A stretch of DNA of 55,896 bases, counting the filler, from Basidiobolus ranarum (taxonomy: Eukaryota), in the NCBI GenBank assembly GCA_040143965.1. It is 2 parts of 2 records of this genome, joined end to end, with 100 filler letters (N's around TTAATTAATTAA, not from the genome) between each part and the next. Parts side by side here need not be neighbours in the genome. Positions count along the whole stretch, not along the records: positions 28,109 to 55,896 come from JASJQH010000119.1; 1 more part is not named here. The stretch is one strand, 5' to 3'. Position 1 is the stretch's first letter. Every line of letters starts with the position of its first letter. The translations under genes were made by a program, and so were the position numbers. Shown piece after piece: positions 48,931 through 55,896 of this stretch. The notes under the pieces are model-generated. The model saw only the letters and a list, made by a program, of their open reading frames with translations. It ran no database searches and was not told where the DNA came from.

Positions 48931-49352
48931 GGTTTATGACGCGTACTTTAGACTAAACCAGCTCTTTCTAAAACGAAATACCTTTTCTTATTTTCAAGTG
49001 TAATCTATCAGGGTCGGTAATAACTGTGTAATTACCTTTATACATTTATCGTTAATCAAGCTCTTGAAACGTTGCTTGATTGGAATCAATTAGTCTACTA
49101 CATTTGCTAATTGAAAATATCGAAATCCTAGCACACCTATATATCCAATAAACTGGATTCAACCATTAATCTGCTTAAATGCACGTAATCACCTTAATCA
49201 TAAGTAGATTAAACTACAAAAGCTAACAGAAAACTAAAAAATCGAACGATTACGAAAAAAAGAAAAAAATATTAGTGATGAATAGGTAAAAGGATTTCGA
49301 AACGAAACCTAGTAAATATTTCTTTCTAATATCCCAGTAACTGAGAGTAAAC

Positions 49353-50631
49353 ATGGCCCAAAAGACAACCGAAGATTTTCGCATAGTAGCCGGCTCATAC
49401 GAACGTATTCTGTACGGTATTGATGGGTACTGGTCCGGAGACTCTGTCACTTTACAACCTGTTTTTATTTTTCCAGCTCACATTGGGTGCATTAAATGTG
49501 TTGGAATCGGTGGCCAATTCATGGCCTCTGGCAGTACTGATGAATTTATCAAGTAATTATTCATTGATATTCTGGACGCTTTCAATCTTATGAGTCATGG
49601 TTAACATTATTTATGAATGTCACATAGATTGTATGATTTAAGGAGGAGAAAAGAGTTAGGTCATTTGAACCAACAACAAGGCACCATTACCTCGATTAAG
49701 TTTTATGGAAAATCTCACATGTTAAGTGGAAGTGAAGATGGTACAGTCTGTATCTGGAGAACCAAAGATTGGGAATGTCTGACAACCATGAAGGGGCACA
49801 AGTTAGTCATAAATCTTAGAGTATTAGATCTTTGAATGCTGATTAATGTTTTTACCTTCAATCGTGTGATATAGAGGTCGCGTTAACTCTGTTTCAGTCC
49901 ATCCTTCCGGCAGATTGGCTTTGTCCGTTTCCAGTGACAGAACATTAAGAATCTGGAATCTTCTCAGTGGCCACAAAGGAACAGCTACCAAACTTGGCCG
50001 AGGTAGATATGTATTTCTAATAAGTTACTCCTTGAGACGTCTACTGACAGATTGAATAATAGAGGGAGAAGTTATTGAATGGAATAAGGACGGCCAGCAG
50101 TATGCAATCCTTTTCACCAGAGAGATTGAGATTTACAACGCATCTGATGCTGAGGTGGTTCAAACAATTGAAGCCCGATCCAAATTCACATCCATGAAAT
50201 ATTATCAGCATTCGGGAGAAGACTATCTGATCACTGGTAGTGAGGATCGTGTGATACGCATTTACTCTGTTGCTAGTGGTGAACTACTTGCAAGTCTTAA
50301 AGGCCACCCTAACCGCATCAAGGACATTACTATCATTGAAAGTTTAAAGTCTCCATCAGATGAAGAGACAATCCCGTTGATTATCTCCATCTCTTCCGAT
50401 GGAACGATCAAAGTGTGGAACTTGAGTGAGATCCTGAAGGGCATCAAGGAGAATGTTGAAGAGTTTTCTTGTATTGGTGAATACAATGCTCAAGTACGCC
50501 TCACTTGTGTTGATGCTGTCTTAGGTTACAAGTACAAAGCTGCCCGTGCCAAGAATGTAGTTAGTAAGAAGGAAGAGAGTAATGGGGAAGAAGAGGAGGA
50601 GGAGGAAGAAGAAGAGGATGATGAAGAATAG
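49353..50631 (+). CDS. MAK11: WD40 60S ribosome biogenesis factor Mak11/PAK1IP1 (multi-exon)
   Basis: FRIVAGSYERILYG; FPAHIGCIKC; ASGSTDEFIKLYDLRRRKELG; GHPNRIKD; RLTCV; acidic tail. Confidence 0.93.
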
Positions 50632-51276
50632 ATTGGGTCCAAGCTCACGGTTTTATCTTTCTTTACCCACTTAGCAAATCATAGACCGCTTTTCAGTGTA
50701 GATTTTTAGTATCGGTCGCCATTCTTTAATTTGAGCTTGTCGATTTTGTGTGCTTTGTATAGGAATCATCATCTCCATACTTAGTTTTAACTAACCCTAG
50801 ATCATAGGTAGATGGCGACATTTACTGAACAATTGGACATCCTTCACGTAATAAAACATCGATTTGTTGTCTGGCATATTTTTTGATTCTAAAATACACT
50901 AGATTCCTAACTCTGACTTTAATAATATGCCTTCCTTACAATGATGATTCATAAGGAAAGGAATCAAGGGGTAGCCCTAGAATGGGAGAAAAGAATCGCC
51001 AATATTTTATGGGATTCATATCGTATCCCCATATTTCCCAACTTATTGTGGATTACTATACTTGTTCGTTCCAGTTGCACGGAAAGCCATTTCTATACTT
51101 TTTTTTACTCGGCATATTGACACCAACTTTTCGTGATATCACACTTTACACCCTATATGTATATACGTACGTATAGCTTTTAAAATCCCTGTAGAGTGTG
51201 GTTCAGATAATTTTTAGTTCCTGATTCGTTCCCGAACTTCAGGTTCATAACAATTTCTTTTTCCAAAAGAAACAAA

Positions 51277-52154
51277 ATGAAAACAGTTACCGTTGTAGAA
51301 ACTACGCACTCTCACGACTTGCCCAAAACCACACGATACACCTCCTCTTTTTTTCTTAAGAACCCGATGAAACGGTGCCCGCCTAATCGTAATACGTCAG
51401 AAGTGGATCCTAGTGTTGAACTCAATAATATTGTTCAAGAATTTCAAAGGCTTGAACAGGAGAAGAGAGATTATCTTAAAGAGATTAATCAATTGATTGT
51501 CGAAGACCAGGTACATATTCGCTTTTATTTTTACCACATTCCTTTCTCGGCAGGTATATGCGTTATCAATAAGAACGTTGTATTTCACTGAGGACTACTT
51601 GGTCAAATTCCAGGCTAACTCTTCTTCATGTCTTTCCTTTTGGCTTGTTGACGATTTTTACAACTTATAGCAACTCGTAGAAAGGGGAAACGAAGTATTG
51701 TGTTTAGAATATCAAATCTTAGCCATCAAACTTAAACTTCTTGAGTTCTCAGTCGTACGTACTCAAGGTAGGTCAATACGAACTTTACTTTTATTTCTCA
51801 AAATCTTTTCAATGATCGCTTTACCCAAGAGTTTACAATCTTTATCGAATCATAGTGGTGTACGAGATTGAAGAGAGAGATCGTCGAATCAATCAAAAAC
51901 GTTTACAACTCAAAAAATGTCAAAATGAATACACAGAACTTAGAAAGTTGGATATGGAAGAGAATATTCCCAAGAAACGTACAGAAAATGTAAGTAATCC
52001 CTCTTTCCTACTAAGAGATAACCAGTTGTTTCGATGAGCACGACTTGACCTTTCGATTCAATAGAGTTTTCAAAATCCATTAATGCGGCTACTCGTCTTG
52101 ACCTTCTTCGTGATCATTGTAATCCTTATGAAAATCATTTTCAAAAGTGAATGA
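51277..52154 (+). CDS. Hypothetical coiled-coil protein with C-terminal TM anchor (4 exons)
   Basis: Spliced ORF: ELNNIVQEFQRLEQEKRDYLKEINQL...YEIEERDRRINQKRLQLKKCQNEY...SFQNPLMRLLVLTFFVIIVILMKIIFKSE*. Confidence 0.65.
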
Positions 52155-52564
52155 GAAACGGAAAGAAAATGGAGCTCGTTCGTTTGGCCTTTCCCTGTAA
52201 AGAATGCAAAGTATTTAAGCTATGCGAGACTGCTCTCTCCCTCTCGGATGTATGCGTATAGAGATGTAATCCTATCATGAGCTTCTTTAATATTAGAACA
52301 AAGTTTGTCTGGTATTGGTCAAGTCCCCTTTATCTAGAATCTTGGATTCGTTGGTACTTATATTTTATACACCTCTCCCCTGAACTTGCTAATTCTGATT
52401 CGAGTAAATAAAAATGTAAATAATCATTTTATGAAGAGATTCAAAGTTTCATTAAACAAATAAAGATCATTAGTATGTGTATTAATTAGAACCAAGAGTA
52501 GCTGTTTTGTCAACAAATAGAAAGAAATCCAGCGAGAAATGAACCGAATAAGCCATCACATAAA

Positions 52565-53975
52565 CTAATATTTCAAGAGTTTGCTCACTTCTCCATCGGA
52601 TATTTCTCGTTCCTGAATCTCATGCATCAGATTGAAGCCTTGTTGCACTATCTAAATCACAAGTAGTACATGTTAATGTATGAACAGGAAAGAGGTCGGT
52701 TTAAATACACAACTGAATTACCTGGTCCATGTCTAACTCGGGCAGCCTCAAAAGAAGAGTGCGTATTTCGGATTGCTCCAAATCTTCCAGGTTCTCTTTA
52801 CAATGTTTCAAGATGGCTATTATGCTATGTATTAGTAAGCTGGGCGATGGGAGGGAAATATTATGCGTTCATGGAGAGGTAAGGTTACCTAGGCAAACAT
52901 AGATGTGTAACTCTAGAAAATCAGCTTCACAAAAATAGGTGTCCCATAATCGAGATAGGGAATCCAATGGTAACTCCTTAGCTAGTAGGTACATATTCCA
53001 GGAAGCCACCCATTCGTTAAACTCCACCTCTTCGTCTTGAAAATAGTTATATCTTGTTTAATGCATGCCGATTAAGGTATAAATAAGCAGTCATTGCTTT
53101 CCATAATTTTTTTTCTAATTTGAATAGATAAACTAAAAAAGATACAAGTCTGGTAAGAGTGTTCGGAATAAAGTCATAAACTTGGCTACGCGCTCATTGA
53201 TTTCATGCTCTTCATAATACTCGGCTAATTGAGAATGAGTAGAGTAGCATTAGTTTTACAAAGCTCAATTTCACATAAAAGTGTAGAAATGTTTCAATCT
53301 CTAACATTCATTTACTTACTTATTTGACTCATCATTTGCTCAAAACAGTAGTAGATCTCCCATTCTTCTGACAAATACTCAACAAAGGGTCCACACATAT
53401 GTACTAGTACCGGTGAATACTCAATATTTTTGTTACCATTTAAATAGGCCCCAATAACATTTTCAAAAACCGTGAACTGGGTGGCTGTTTCTTCGTGTTT
53501 TCCAAGTCTTTTCAGGTATCTAGTTACCTCTCCCCGTATTCTTTTAGTACTCTCAGTATTCTCCTTATCGAGCTGCGCATATTCGTCGGCTTTTGCCTTA
53601 CTACTAGATAACTCATGGGCTATAAAGGATTAGCCAATTTTAGAGCAGGAGAAGAAATTTCAAATATACTTACATCGGTCTGCCTGTTCAACACCCAATA
53701 AGAACTTCCATACCTTCTAAAAATTTGAAGTATCAATGTCAGTCCAAGTAGCTGTAGAGAATGAAATCTAAGAAACATGTGTGTGATCCACTTACTCCTC
53801 GTATTTCTGGAGGAATACCATGACGCGAGGCACGTTTTAACTTCTCTACGTCTACATACATTTCTACATTCAGTATCTCTTTAAGCTCGTTTACAGTTGA
53901 AGCCAAATACGGATCGTAATTGGCATCTCTCTTTACTTTCGTGGCCAGTGGAGGAGTAGAAAGGAGTTGAATCAT
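52565..53975 (-). CDS. Rab-GAP TBC domain protein, divergent (multi-exon)
   Basis: VDVEKLKRASRHGIPPEIRG..WKFLLGV; RIRGEVTRY; LLAKELPLDSLSRLWDTYF; HIYVCL. Confidence 0.88.
53053..53145 (-). other. Probable U12-type GT-AG intron in the TBC gene
   Basis: 5' site GTATCTTTT; ACCTTAAT branch-like motif ~19 nt before the AG; no pyrimidine tract; splicing restores LLPDL|YNYFQDE. Confidence 0.65.
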
Positions 53976-54229
53976 CTTGGTTGGGTTTTTTTACGGACTT
54001 GGGAGAAAAACTGATGTTTTAAATAGAATAAAGAGGTATTTGAAAACTGAAGGCGTATATGATATATCAATATGAACGAACACAGTCGTAACAACGAAAA
54101 GAAGAGGCCTTGGAAAGATATGAAATAATATGCAAACAAAAGACTATAGAAAGGCAGAGTTACGGTTGAGGGTATGGGAGCAAGTGCAGGCGTAAGTATG
54201 GGTACTACTATAGGCGTGGATGTGGGTGG

Positions 54230-54257
54230 ATATGTATGTATGTATGTATGTGTGTGT
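54230..54257. repeat. (TATG)n(TG)n microsatellite
   Basis: ATATGTATGTATGTATGTATGTGTGTGTG. Confidence 0.85.
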
Positions 54258-54680
54258 GGCCGTGTTAAATTTTACTATGGCTTAGATTACAATCCCTTGA
54301 GGGCAAAAGCAATCTATTGTCAGGTGATTCTAAAAACATTTGTATGACTTATCAGATGATATTGATGAGATGTGCCAAATAGCAATTCATGAATTATGAT
54401 ACTAACGATGATGGAAAGTCGATAATTATGATCGAGAATAGTAATATTGAAGTCACAGATTTTGTGGCGCTAAATGAAATTACCAGTATCGTTAGAATCC
54501 CATTAAACTCGAGTCTAAAAATGATAGATATCTCATAAAATCAACGAACAAGATTATCAAGCATTACGTTTTTTTTGGTGTCCAGAACATCAGTTTATTG
54601 CAGGGCCAGTGCCTCAAGCGATAGAGGTAATAAGTAATTTAAAAAGCAAACAAGTAGTCAAAAGGCGTTATAGACAAGTA

Positions 54681-55627
54681 CACTAGCGCTCATAAATGAT
54701 TCATTTCTTTTGTATGGATTTTTCAGTTGACAATATCGCTACATTCACTTCACAACTCAACCTGATATTTGTCACATAGCCTAATCAGAGCCCCAATAAC
54801 AGCCTTTAATATTATGAAGGTAATTCCATTACTATTGCTGATGTTACAAATATTTGTGTTTATTGTTGAAATTAGCATTACCTAAACACCTATATAGTCA
54901 TATATAGCTTAGTATTTAGTTATCTTATATTGAACTATGATATTACCCATTATTCTCATGAGGAATTTACTTAGAAGTATGAAGATATATAGATTTTGAT
55001 AACTTGTGCTAGAAGCCCCAAACTATGCACACATGTTCCTGGGACCTTCTTTAACACATTCTACACATTAGTTTGCTTACATCTTGACAAAAGTATAAAT
55101 GTCAACTCAATAAGTGAAAACCACCAATTTCTCTAATTCTCCAAACCACTTCCAACAGGCTCCCAAATACTTTAACAATTATTTGGTATTCAGAGTCTTT
55201 TATAAAAGTTTCGCTGATCACAGCTGTGTGAGTCTCAAGAATTGATTCCCCTTACTTTTGTAGACTCATTCTATCTTATTACATTATATACAATCGTCAA
55301 ACTGTCACGGATATTCTCTTGAATAGGCCTAATTCTAATAAATATTTTTGCTATTATGAGAGAAACACAACAAGTCTTCTGAAATTTATTCATGATATTT
55401 AGTAAATTTTGGGAATTTAAGTAAAAAACCATATTGGCTCAAAACTGCTTCACTAACTGTAATGAATACAAATACATGTAACAGCAGCAATAGTAATACT
55501 AAAGGTTGCTATTCGGGTTCTGATTAAGCTATGTGACAAATGTCAAGTTGAGTGGTGAAGTGAATGTAGAGATATTGTCAATCGAAAAATCCATGCCAAA
55601 AAAGTGAATCAGTTTCGAGCGCTAGTG
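54681..55627. mobile_element. Non-autonomous Tc1/mariner-like DNA transposon (947 bp) with ~180-bp diverged TIRs and TA target duplication
   Basis: TA|CACTAGCGCTC ... GAGCGCTAGTG|TA; 54681-~54864 matches the reverse complement of ~55460-55627; no intact transposase ORF. Confidence 0.85.
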
Positions 55628-55896
55628 TATATTCTCAACAAAGAAGCAAGAACCAAAATCACTCTCAATCTCAATGTCTGGGATATCTGTAGATACTTCA
55701 ATTTTGCTGCGATGTTTTGCTAGGTTGGTGTTCAACCGTCTTCTGAGGTTTTGGATAGTGAGAGTTCCTTGAGGTCGAAGTTTTGAAAATGACATTGTTG
55801 AGGATAGCCTTAGAATAGGATTGTGAGTGGCGAGGCTATCAGGTTTCTTATCATGATTTGAAGTACTGCTACTGTGGGTTGTTTGCTAGCTACATA

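Noticed and set aside
1-55896. tRNA or rRNA genes
   Set aside because: No cloverleaf/T-loop or rRNA signature noticed by eye; tRNAscan-SE and Infernal would be needed to exclude them formally.

Overview
Eukaryotic, AT-rich, intron-dense window with mostly short GT-AG introns, from an early-diverging (non-Dikarya) fungus. A Basidiobolus/Zoopagomycota-like source is inferred from gene content, not proven. The conserved core holds SED5, an RPL21/RPS9 head-to-head pair, HGH1, COQ6, endosulfine, RIM2, TBCK, ROK1, END3, a GH81 glucanase, MAK11 and a TBC protein. It is interrupted by gene-poor accessory islands at ~1-6.7 kb, ~25.2-28 kb and >54.3 kb. Highlights: (1) a homologue of p1, the Myb/HTH subunit of the MTA1c/AMT1 DNA N6-adenine methyltransferase complex; (2) a minor-spliceosome U11-59K/PDCD7 gene plus two U12-type introns, in ROK1 and the TBC gene; (3) two paralogous 8-Cys secreted microproteins 22 kb apart, each beside a fragment of a TA-flanked, long-TIR Tc1/mariner-like non-autonomous element whose full copy is at 54.7-55.6 kb; (4) a KP6-like small secreted protein and a frameshifted CR/Crinkler-type P-loop NTPase; (5) a structured RPS9 intron. 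A scaffold gap with an artificial linker lies at 28009-28108. Gene models were spliced by hand and family assignments are from remembered motifs; no database search was run.
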